Positions 1 through 7,713 of a DNA stretch of 29,547 nt are shown one piece after another. Location of the stretch: NCBI GenBank assembly GCA_049699855.1, contig JBNAWM010000002.1, positions 30,458 through 60,004 of the forward strand. Direction: 5' to 3'. The notes beneath the pieces were generated by a model, which was not told the origin of the DNA, searched no databases, and saw only the letters and a list, made by a program, of their open reading frames with translations. Source of the DNA: Candidatus Cryosericum sp. Lineage in GTDB: Bacteria > Caldisericota > Caldisericia > Cryosericales > Cryosericaceae. Position 1 is the first letter of the stretch. Every line of letters begins with the position of its first letter. The translations under genes and the position numbers were made by a program.

Positions 1-671
1 ATCTTGGCGATAATCGGGACATGGGCTCCGTGCTGTTCCATCAATGTTCGAAGTTCGCGGACGTCATCTGCCGTGCGGACGAACGACAGGGCTACATAGT
101 CGACAGCGTTCTGGAGGCCAATGACAAGATCATGCTTATCCTTGTCGGTAATCGATGGGACGTGCAGGTCTGACTGAGGGAAGTTCACACCCTTATGGTC
201 CGATAGCACCCCTCCCTTCAGGACATCGGTGATGATAGTGTCACCTTGGATTTCACGCGCTTTCAGCCGAATCAATCCATCGTTAATAAAGATGAGTTCT
301 CCAGGTCGGACTTCACTAGTGAGGGCCGAGTAGTCTATGCTTGCAAGTTCGCTCGTTCCGTCAACACTGCGAGTGGTGAGTCCAAACACTCCTCCGGTGG
401 CAAGTTCCGTTGGTCCTTTACTGAATGTTCCAAGGCGGATCTTTGGTCCCTGCAGGTCCTGAAGGATTGCCAGGGGCAAGTCGAGTTCGGATTGGACTTT
501 CTTGACAGCAGCGATGGTTGCCACATGTTCTTCATCGCTGCCATGCGAAAAGTTGATGCGGAAAACGTTCACTCCATGCCTGGCAAGGCTGCGGATCATC
601 TCTTCCGAACCCGTTGCGGGGCCGAGTGTTGCTACAATCTTGGTGCGCTTGAACTCCATCGTACCATCCAT
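1..671 (-). CDS. pyk: Pyruvate kinase, N-terminal ~223 aa (runs off the left edge; absent from the ORF track)
   Basis: Manual translation: MDGTMEFKRTKIVATLGPAT...FRINFSHGS...ILQDLQGPKIRLG...INDGLI...SDHKGVNFP...VDYVALSFVR...IIAK, the canonical PK motifs. GGAGG lies 5 nt before the ATG at 671. Confidence 0.97.
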   Translation of the reverse strand, partial: MDGTMEFKRTKIVATLGPATGSEEMIRSLARHGVNVFRINFSHGSDEEHVATIAAVKKVQSELDLPLAILQDLQGPKIRLGTFSKGPTELATGGVFGLTTRSVDGTSELASIDYSALTSEVRPGELIFINDGLIRLKAREIQGDTIITDVLKGGVLSDHKGVNFPQSDLHVPSITDKDKHDLVIGLQNAVDYVALSFVRTADDVRELRTLMEQHGAHVPIIAK

Positions 672-740
672 ATGTTCCTCCGGTTTCGGTTCTGAGCAAT
701 GACTATTTCCTTTACATCATAGCGCAAGTGGGTTTGAGAC

Positions 741-772
741 AAATGAATAAGCCCCGGATGAATATCCGGGGC
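741..772 (-). terminator. Probable intrinsic terminator of hsp20
   Basis: Perfect 9-bp stem GCCCCGGAT-N4-ATCCGGGGC (751-772), 25 nt after the hsp20 stop, followed on the minus strand by an imperfect tail TTATTCATTT. Confidence 0.75.
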
Positions 773-797
773 AAAAAAGGTACGAGCTGATTCCAGC

Positions 798-1289
798 TTA
801 CTTGATTGCAATCTCCTTGCTGGAGGCCTCAGGCTGGGCTTTCTTCGGCAGTTCAAGCGTCAGAACTCCGTTTTCATGCTTTGCGTCGATGTGCTCGTCG
901 TCAACGTTGGATCCCAGCGGAATCTCTCGGTAGTAGCGTCCGTAGTAGCGCTCCGAGTAGTAGTTGCCGGACTTCTTGTCACCCTTCTCAGTCTCCGTCT
1001 TGGTCTCTGCTGAAATGGCCAGTACATTGTCCTTGACCTTGACGTGGATGTCCTTCTTGTCGATTCCCGGCAGATCCACTTTCACTGTATACTTGTTTGC
1101 TTCCTCCTGGACTTCAATGGCGGGAGCATAGAACTCGCCCATGGGTGCCAGATCCGAGCTGGACTTGGCTGCAGTGGCGGGCAGCGCTGAGAAACGCCGA
1201 CGAGGCTCACCCCAGATGCTTCCAAAAATCCTGTCCATCTGCTCTTCAACCCTCTTCAACTCTTCAAACGGATCGTAACGAATCATCAT
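798..1289 (-). CDS. Hsp20/alpha-crystallin small heat-shock protein (163 aa)
   Basis: N-terminal YDPFEEL, then VDLPGIDKKDIHV, ERYYGRYYREIPL, AKHENGVLTLELPK and a C-terminal IXI motif (IAI). Start moved to the ATG at 1289 because AGGAGGTG (1296-1303) is 6 nt upstream. Confidence 0.96.
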   Translation of the reverse strand: MMIRYDPFEELKRVEEQMDRIFGSIWGEPRRRFSALPATAAKSSSDLAPMGEFYAPAIEVQEEANKYTVKVDLPGIDKKDIHVKVKDNVLAISAETKTETEKGDKKSGNYYSERYYGRYYREIPLGSNVDDEHIDAKHENGVLTLELPKKAQPEASSKEIAIK

Positions 1290-1358
1290 ACTGCACACCT
1301 CCTTTTGGTTTAAGCCGCTTCACAGGATCAAACACCGATCCTTTTTAGGTACACTGGC

Positions 1359-1364
1359 ATTATA
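1359..1364 (-). promoter_or_regulatory. -10 box of the hsp20 promoter
   Basis: Perfect TATAAT ~70 nt upstream of the start, 3 nt downstream of the CIRCE. The -35 position (TCCACA at 17 bp) falls inside the CIRCE. Confidence 0.7.
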
Positions 1365-1367
1365 CAA

Positions 1368-1394
1368 TTGGCACTCACTTTTGTGGAGTGCTAA
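1368..1394. promoter_or_regulatory. CIRCE element (HrcA operator)
   Basis: TTGGCACTC-ACTTTTGTG-GAGTGCTAA: 17/18 match to TTAGCACTC-N9-GAGTGCTAA with the exact 9-bp spacer, upstream of a chaperone gene. Confidence 0.95.
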
Positions 1395-1562
1395 AGTGTG
1401 AAAGAGTTATGAAACAGAACGAGCAGTGCGTGTGTACTTCGTCAGGTCAGAGTCATATGATGCAATGCCAATTTTCAGACATCGAGCAATGCAGTCACAA
1501 GTCTCCAGGGTCGGTACGGATGCTGCAGGGTGACCGGCGTGCGAGACTTGCCAGAGGGGGCT

Positions 1563-2288
1563 CTAGCTCAAGGATGCTATGATGGCCAGCACTCCTGCAA
1601 CAAGGGCAAGCAGACTGAGGAAGGACCAAATGAAACTGCCGCGGCCCATACCCCCTCGAACTTGTTGCTCGTTCTTCCAGGTCAGGACACTGTACTCCTT
1701 CGACTGGGGTGGCCGTGCCACCCAGAATCCGTTCACCGCTTCCACAGGACCGATGAAGAAGACATGGTCGCCGGGAGCGAAAGACGTCTCGACGGCATGA
1801 AAATTCGGTTTGGACAACCGGCCCAGGACTCCGCGGCCAGCAGGCGCATAGCTGGCGATGATAGGGTTCGAGGCGTCGCGAATGTACTGGTCAAATGTCT
1901 TGGGCGCATTCATGGAAGGCAATCCTCCGCGCTCGTCAAACCAGAGCTCTCCAGTGCCGCTGATGTGAAAGGGCGTGGCCGCCGACTTCGACCAAACCGT
2001 ATCCCAATTGGTGGTTGTACCGTCTTCGTCAGATTCCTCCGTTCCTTTCTCCAGACGTGCGCTCCAGACAACAGACGGGCGGCCTGAGTACGGAGCTGTG
2101 AGAGAAGTCTCGGCGACGATGGTACCCTGGAATTTGCCGTATATCCTGCCCTGAGCAGGCCGCCGCAGATCCAGCGTTTGCGCACGGGAGAGCTGCGTGC
2201 CATGTAGCTTGCGGGATCTGGCGGCAAAGAAGAATCCGATGGAAAGGACAATCAGCAGCAAACCGGTGAAGAACTGGGCTGTATGCAT
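1563..2288 (-). CDS. Membrane protein with N- and C-terminal TM helices and a GIDE/BAM-like soluble domain (241 aa)
   Basis: Hydrophobic ends and the pattern LTAPYSGRPSVVW...WDTVWSKSAATPFHISGTGELWFD...FAPGDHVFFIG resemble bacterial GIDE-family proteins. RBS AGAGGAG. The CDS is secure; the family call is by eye. Confidence 0.65.
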   Translation of the reverse strand: MHTAQFFTGLLLIVLSIGFFFAARSRKLHGTQLSRAQTLDLRRPAQGRIYGKFQGTIVAETSLTAPYSGRPSVVWSARLEKGTEESDEDGTTTNWDTVWSKSAATPFHISGTGELWFDERGGLPSMNAPKTFDQYIRDASNPIIASYAPAGRGVLGRLSKPNFHAVETSFAPGDHVFFIGPVEAVNGFWVARPPQSKEYSVLTWKNEQQVRGGMGRGSFIWSFLSLLALVAGVLAIIASLS

Positions 2289-2320
2289 GGGTCACTCCTC
2301 TGGTATCACGAGATGGCGAT

Positions 2321-2350
2321 ACTATAGCAGAAGAGCACGAGTTTGTGCAA
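2321..2350 (-). promoter_or_regulatory. Putative sigma70 promoter of the GIDE-like gene
   Basis: TTGCAC-N18-TATAGT with an extended -10 TGn, 32 nt upstream of the ATG. Confidence 0.55.
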
Positions 2351-2620
2351 GAGGGAGCGTCCTCTTACTGCTCAACTCGTCGGTGCACTGTCTCTGAAGT
2401 CATCAAGGCGTTGCCTCCGGAAGAAGTGCAAACAGAGGATGACTCCAGGTGTGAGGCAGTGATGTCAGGTCTTCTGTATGAGCAGGCAGTTCTCAGGACG
2501 CGCTCGATGATCCGAAACACAGAGGAGCAGAAACGTGCTGACTGCGGACCAGATTGGCCCCAGGGCATGCTCCCAACCATTCCAGTCAGCAGCATGCCGT
2601 TTTACACTGCGAACTTATGA

Positions 2621-3847
2621 TTACGAGGCTGGCGTTGCTTTTTTCGCTGGCTTTAGAAACTGAGGATCGACTTCCCTGGCACCGAAGAGGGCATACTTGG
2701 CACCAACCGGTCCGATCATGGTAAAGATGATGACAATCGCCAGGACGATCGTCGACAGGTAGGACAGCTCCGGAAAAATGGAGCGGGCTATGACGGCAAA
2801 TCCGATAGCGACGCCAGCCTGAGGCAGCATTGCCCATCCCAGGTACTTGGCGACAGCCGCTGGGGCCTTGACCATCCGGGCGCCCGCCCACGAGCCAAAG
2901 ACCTTGCCAAAACCGCGGAAAGCAAGATAGAAGAGCGCAACGACAGCGAATTTTGGAATCAGTGCCAGGTTGATGTCCGCTCCAGAGAAGACAAAGAACA
3001 TGAGCAGCAAGGGCACTGTCCAGGCATCTACATTCTCAAAAGTGGCGGACGGTTCGGGCGTAATGTTGGTGAACAGAGCTCCGGTGACCATGCATGCGAG
3101 AAGCGAGGAAACGCCAAGTGTTTGACTGACGCCAACTGTCGTCAGAACGATCATGATGGCAAGCAGCAGACGTTCGGACTTGGAGCGAAACCACCGTGCC
3201 ATGACTGTCATGAGAAGTCCTGTCACGGCCCCGATCGCGAGAGACAAGGCGATCTCACGCAGTGGCGCGAGGACCATGGCCGAAACACTGAGGGTGCCCC
3301 CACGCAGGAGAATGCGCATGATCACGATGCTGATGTCGAACAGGATTATGCCAACTGCGTCGTCAAAGGTGACCGCCATCAGCAGATAATTCGTGAGTGG
3401 CCCCCTGGCCTTGTACTCCTTGACCACCATGAATGTTGGAGCAGGAGCCGTGGCGGCTGCTGTTGAAGCTAGGAAGAGGGCTACGGGCATGGGATCGGGC
3501 ATGTGGGTCAGATGGAGCGCCTCGGTGGCAAGAAATCCCAGCAAGACAACTGCATAGCAGAAGACCGCTTGTACCACTGAGAGTATCAGGCCTTTTGAAC
3601 CAACTTCGCGCACGTTTTTCAGTCGAAAGGTGTCGCCGATTTCGAAGGCGATGAACCCCAGAGCAATCGTACCAACAGTGTCTCCAGCGGTGATGAATCC
3701 CTTGGGCAGGAGCTTTGAGAGGAAGACCGAAATCAACAGACCCCCTAGGATGTAGCTGAGCACCTCCGGAGAGCCAAATCTTTTCAGAACACGCGCGAGC
3801 ACCATTCCTATGACGAGAAACACAGCGATCGCGAGAACGATGTTCAT
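2621..3847 (-). CDS. Cation:proton antiporter (CPA2/NapA-like, 408 aa)
   Basis: About 12-13 hydrophobic segments; unwound-helix motif AAATAPA, FDDA acidic pair, RGFGK, and MLPQAGVAIG. ATGA overlap with the upstream gene. Confidence 0.92.
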   Translation of the reverse strand: MNIVLAIAVFLVIGMVLARVLKRFGSPEVLSYILGGLLISVFLSKLLPKGFITAGDTVGTIALGFIAFEIGDTFRLKNVREVGSKGLILSVVQAVFCYAVVLLGFLATEALHLTHMPDPMPVALFLASTAAATAPAPTFMVVKEYKARGPLTNYLLMAVTFDDAVGIILFDISIVIMRILLRGGTLSVSAMVLAPLREIALSLAIGAVTGLLMTVMARWFRSKSERLLLAIMIVLTTVGVSQTLGVSSLLACMVTGALFTNITPEPSATFENVDAWTVPLLLMFFVFSGADINLALIPKFAVVALFYLAFRGFGKVFGSWAGARMVKAPAAVAKYLGWAMLPQAGVAIGFAVIARSIFPELSYLSTIVLAIVIIFTMIGPVGAKYALFGAREVDPQFLKPAKKATPAS

Positions 3848-4227
3848 GAATGGTGCTCCCGATCAAGTTCTACGCCGTCTGCAGAAAGAGGCGCAGCAAG
3901 TCCCTCGATCCTTGTAACGGGAACGACAAACAGAATGCCGCTGTTTGGCTTGCCCAGGTCACCAGTGATCTCGTGGACAAGAGCAATGGCTTTTTCCAGC
4001 GTCTCCTCCGTCCTGATCACGGAGAAGATGGTGTGATTTTCTACACGGCTGTCGGCACCCGACAGGAGTCTCGTAAGCGTCGAGAAGATAGGTATGTCGG
4101 CAGCAAGCAGTTGCCCCATACCACTGCTGTTGATGACGGTTGCGCCGCGCACATCGATTTCAGGAAACCTCTCAAGCAGCATGCGAACGTGTTCCTCATT
4201 GTTCAGAACGACGACTAGTACATTCAT
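3844..4227 (-). CDS. PII-like (GlnB superfamily) signalling protein (127 aa)
   Basis: GATVINSSGMG (T-loop base) and GDLGKPNSGILFVVPV (B-loop/beta-4 pattern); size fits. GGAGGTG immediately upstream of the ATG at 4227. Confidence 0.8.
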   Translation of the reverse strand: MNVLVVVLNNEEHVRMLLERFPEIDVRGATVINSSGMGQLLAADIPIFSTLTRLLSGADSRVENHTIFSVIRTEETLEKAIALVHEITGDLGKPNSGILFVVPVTRIEGLAAPLSADGVELDREHHS

Positions 4228-4346
4228 AAACACCTCCGCTTCCATCGTACATCCAGGAATCTCAAAATCAGTAAGAGTCGTTCACAGTGTTCGCCATCTT
4301 CATCAGCTGGTGCAGCATGGTCTCCGTTCAGTTGAGGCAGTAAAGA

Positions 4347-5642
4347 TCACTGGAGCGACACCTCATCCGAGTCTTCATCAAAAGCCAGCAGGTTGCCGAA
4401 TCGAGCCCAGTTGATGAAGGTCGCAAAAGTGAACTCCGGATTCTCATTGGGCAGCAGTTGAGCCAGCAGATCCTGGACCTCATCATCGAGCATTACTCCA
4501 GTACGTGACGACTGAATCTCGGTGTAAACGGTCTTGAAGATGCTGAGTGTCAGAATTTGCTGTTTCCATACGACTTTCTGGTCCTCGGTGTCCATGTCTG
4601 CGAATCGGTGCCCCAGAGGGGTGAGTACTGTACGCTGTTTTGGCGTGTCGATGAAGTCAAGCATCTCTGCTGCCTTGACGATGTTGATCAAATCGCTGAA
4701 CTCCTTGCCAAATTCGTGAGCAAGGACAAAAACATCACCTTGTCCCCCGTGGGAGTCCAGGTACTCCACGAAGCTGACGACATCGCCTGAGGAGACAGGA
4801 GGGAGCGGCTCGTAGACAGGCTGAGATGGCGTTCCGACCACTGCAGGCGGAACGTCCGGCAGCTCATTGCTGGTAATGATGTCGTGCAGGTAGTCGACGG
4901 TGCTCAGAAACTCCTGGGCGCGATAGTCGCGTGGACGGGCCATCTTGTTGTTGACAATGGTCCGGATACGTCCAGGATTGGCCGAGAAGACGACGATTCG
5001 GTCGGCCATGTACACCACTTCTTTGATGTCGTGGCTGACCATGACGATCGAAGCCGGCTGGCCTTCCGCCTCGTTCCAGATATCGACCAGGTCCGCCCGC
5101 AGCGATTCGGCAGTCAGTGCGTCGATAGCACTGAAGGGTTCGTCCATGAAAAGGAGTTCCGGTTTCACGGCGAGGGCGCGGGCAATGCCGACGCGCTGTT
5201 TCATGCCGCCCGAGATCTCGCGTGGATAGGCCTCTTCAAAACCTTCAAGACCCACCATTTTGATGACTGAGGTCACGCGGTTCTGGACCTCGTCTCCTGG
5301 GAGTGCCAGTGGCACAAGAACCGATTGGATGTTTTCGCTCACCGTCATCCACGGGAACAACGCAAACATCTGGAAAACCATCGCCACACCAGGTGTCAAG
5401 CCGGTCATCTCCTTGCCGCGGGCCAGTACCCTGCCACTCGTCGGCCGTATGAGGCCGGCCAGGATACGCAGCAGGGTGGACTTTCCACAGCCAGAAGGAC
5501 CGAGCAGGCAGACGATCTCCCCTTTTCGTATTTCGAGGCTGATGTTGTCCAGTACGGTTGCCATCTTGCCACCGGGCATGGAAAAACGCTGCGTTATCGC
5601 TTCGCTTGAAAGCAAGATGGGCTGCTGTGCTGGATCTTCCAT
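4347..5642 (-). CDS. NitT/TauT-family ABC ATPase with a C-terminal AAA-associated extension (431 aa)
   Basis: Walker A GPSGCGKS, signature ISGGM, Walker B LLFMDE, H-loop VSHD, plus a ~160-aa C-terminal domain ending INWARFGNLLAFD. RBS AGGAGAG before the ATG at 5642. Confidence 0.93.
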   Translation of the reverse strand: MEDPAQQPILLSSEAITQRFSMPGGKMATVLDNISLEIRKGEIVCLLGPSGCGKSTLLRILAGLIRPTSGRVLARGKEMTGLTPGVAMVFQMFALFPWMTVSENIQSVLVPLALPGDEVQNRVTSVIKMVGLEGFEEAYPREISGGMKQRVGIARALAVKPELLFMDEPFSAIDALTAESLRADLVDIWNEAEGQPASIVMVSHDIKEVVYMADRIVVFSANPGRIRTIVNNKMARPRDYRAQEFLSTVDYLHDIITSNELPDVPPAVVGTPSQPVYEPLPPVSSGDVVSFVEYLDSHGGQGDVFVLAHEFGKEFSDLINIVKAAEMLDFIDTPKQRTVLTPLGHRFADMDTEDQKVVWKQQILTLSIFKTVYTEIQSSRTGVMLDDEVQDLLAQLLPNENPEFTFATFINWARFGNLLAFDEDSDEVSLQ

Positions 5643-5652
5643 AAGGTCTCTC

Positions 5653-7506
5653 CTACTTGCCGAGGTTGTACTGTGTGCTGGCGATGGCATATAGCCTGCG
5701 CCACAGGAAGCGGTTGATGAGAACGACCGTCAGCGACATGATGAGGATAGCTGCCGCCAGCTCTGCGTAATGGGCACCGAATGCGGCTTCGCTGATGACC
5801 GAACCAATACCCTGTGCCTTCAGGGTCTGCCCACGGAACGTGACTATTTCTGCAACTATGCTGGCGTTCCAGGCTCCACCGGTTGCTGTCACCCAGCCCG
5901 TTACGAGATAAGGGAAAATGGCGGGCAGGTAGAGGGACCAGAAGCGTTGTCTGCCAACGAGTCTGTAGCTGGCAGCAGCCTCTCTGAGATCCGAGGGAAT
6001 TGCCTGTGCTCCGGCAATGACGTTGAACAGGATGTACCACTGGGTACCGAGCAGCATAAGGATGACGCTGCCATAGTTGATGTTGACCTTCAGGAGAGCC
6101 AGAAGCAGGATGACCGCGGGAAATAGCATGGGAGCAGGAAACGATGCTGCCACCTGGACAACGGGTTGCATGATCTTCGAAAGTCGAGGGGACAGCCCGA
6201 TCCGCAAACCGGCCGGTAGTGCCCACAGCGTTCCCAGCACAATCGCAGCAGTTACTCTGGCAAGTGTCAGCAGGTCGCTTTTCAAGAGGTGCAGCCATTC
6301 ACGTGCGCTCACGGATGCCATGACGTGCAGGACCTGGACAAGTGCCACTGCGAGTCCCGCTGCCAGAACCAGGAACAGGGTTCGTGACAACATCAGGGAC
6401 AACGAAAGGTGTGTTGCTCTGGTGTCGTGGGTGGCGGGCGGCGTCGTTGACGTGAGACGTGACGTGAAGGAACGGGACTGTGTTTCCGTGGGCGGTCCGG
6501 GGTGGCGAAACCGCTTTCCGACCGCTGAAACCGCGAGTCCGAGCCATCGCAAGACGTGGGAGTGATGAAGAAGATCAAGAAACCAGGAACTCATCGTTTC
6601 CTCCTGGCTGGTGTCCTCGAGGCGAAACTTCTGTGCCCAGACAACCATTGGGCGCCACAGCAGCTGGTCCAGCGCGACGATCATCAAAACCATTGCGACG
6701 ACTGCTCCGATCATCGCCGGCACATTGCCTTTCTCGACAGCGACAGACATGTAGGACCCGATGCCGGGAAGTCTGAAGTCCCTGTTGCCAAGCTGAAAGG
6801 CCTCGGTTACCATCAAGAAGAACCATCCGCCAGCCATGCTCATCATGCTGTTCCAGATAAGGCCGACGGCGCTGTAGGGCAGTTCGACCTGAGTGAGGCG
6901 CTGCCACCAATTGAAGTGATACACGGTACCGGCTTCCTGCAAGTCTCTCGGAACTGACTTGAGCGAGTTGTAGAAGCTGAAGGTCATATTCCAAGCCTGT
7001 CCGGTGAATATCATCAGGATTGCTGCAAGCTCGAGACCGATGTTGCTGCGTGGAAAAAGGCTTACCAACGCCAGGACCACGCCTGGCATGAACCCAAGGA
7101 CGGGGATGCTTTGGAGAATGTCGAGGATCGGGACGAGCAGTTTCTCTGCGATCTGGTCTTTCGCCGCCCAGTAACCATACACGATTGTGAAGAAGAAGGA
7201 GATGCCATAGGCGACAAGCCCTCGGACAAGGGAAAAGAACGTGTACATGGGGAGTGCCCCGAACGAGAGATCGATCTGCACGGTGGGCCTGAGAACGCCT
7301 GTCCATTCACGTCCAACCTGGGCGAAGCCGTAGAACGCGCCAAGGATGCCGACAACAATGACAACATCGGCCAGCAGACCACTGTGGTATACCACCATGA
7401 GGGCACCCGACTGACCCCATACAGACGAAGAGAACAGTGGTGAGCGACGTGAACGCTCTTCGACGAGATCAGGCTCCCCATGGTCAATATCAGGCATTCC
7501 CTGCAC
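5653..7506 (-). CDS. ABC permease with two fused transmembrane domains (NitT/TauT-type, 617 aa)
   Basis: Two EAA-loop repeats (VPRDLQEAG; IPSDLREAA), motifs DILQSIPVLGF, WNSMMSMAGGWFFL and GGAWNASIVAE. RBS AGAGGAG before the GTG. Confidence 0.93.
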   Translation of the reverse strand: MQGMPDIDHGEPDLVEERSRRSPLFSSSVWGQSGALMVVYHSGLLADVVIVVGILGAFYGFAQVGREWTGVLRPTVQIDLSFGALPMYTFFSLVRGLVAYGISFFFTIVYGYWAAKDQIAEKLLVPILDILQSIPVLGFMPGVVLALVSLFPRSNIGLELAAILMIFTGQAWNMTFSFYNSLKSVPRDLQEAGTVYHFNWWQRLTQVELPYSAVGLIWNSMMSMAGGWFFLMVTEAFQLGNRDFRLPGIGSYMSVAVEKGNVPAMIGAVVAMVLMIVALDQLLWRPMVVWAQKFRLEDTSQEETMSSWFLDLLHHSHVLRWLGLAVSAVGKRFRHPGPPTETQSRSFTSRLTSTTPPATHDTRATHLSLSLMLSRTLFLVLAAGLAVALVQVLHVMASVSAREWLHLLKSDLLTLARVTAAIVLGTLWALPAGLRIGLSPRLSKIMQPVVQVAASFPAPMLFPAVILLLALLKVNINYGSVILMLLGTQWYILFNVIAGAQAIPSDLREAAASYRLVGRQRFWSLYLPAIFPYLVTGWVTATGGAWNASIVAEIVTFRGQTLKAQGIGSVISEAAFGAHYAELAAAILIMSLTVVLINRFLWRRLYAIASTQYNLGK

Positions 7507-7540
7507 GGACTCTCCTCTTCATCGCAGTTGAGTATACTTG

Positions 7541-7569
7541 ATGGTAGCACCGTTGCGCACTGCCTGCAA
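7541..7569 (-). promoter_or_regulatory. Putative promoter of the ABC operon
   Basis: TTGCAG-N17-TACCAT with an extended -10 TGn. Confidence 0.5.
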
Positions 7570-7637
7570 CATTGCTGCGGCTCGCCTGATCACTTGACGG
7601 CGGTGGAGGAGCTGCACAATTGATGAGAGATGGTGCC

Positions 7638-7665
7638 TTGACGTGCGAGTGCACTCTCCTATAAT
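7638..7665 (+). promoter_or_regulatory. Putative strong promoter of the trk operon
   Basis: TTGACG-N16-TATAAT, 48 nt upstream of the first trkA ATG. The spacer contains the palindrome GAGTGCACTC. Confidence 0.7.
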
Positions 7666-7713
7666 ACGTCTCTTGTGAATGGTCCCTTGGGGGTCCATGA
7701 GGAGATGTGAGGT

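Noticed and set aside
246..695. 149-aa plus-strand ORF
   Set aside because: Antisense shadow of pyruvate kinase, which the track missed because it has no stop inside the window.
930..965. Three GTAGTAG repeats
   Set aside because: They simply encode Tyr-Tyr pairs (YYSERYYGRYY) in Hsp20; not a CRISPR array or tandem repeat element.
2345..2620. 91-aa (+) and 76-aa (-) ORFs in the largest intergenic gap
   Set aside because: No convincing RBS, no recognisable motif or protein-like composition. A small gene cannot be fully excluded.
4246..4346. Possible fluoride or Na+/Li+ riboswitch upstream of the PII-like/antiporter pair
   Set aside because: Only fragments (GTGTTCGCCAT, GCTGATGA) on opposite strands and without the required pairings. 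A cmscan against Rfam would settle it.
7507..7713. c-di-AMP (ydaO) riboswitch expected upstream of K+ transport genes
   Set aside because: The predicted leader is only ~42 nt and lacks the conserved ydaO motifs.
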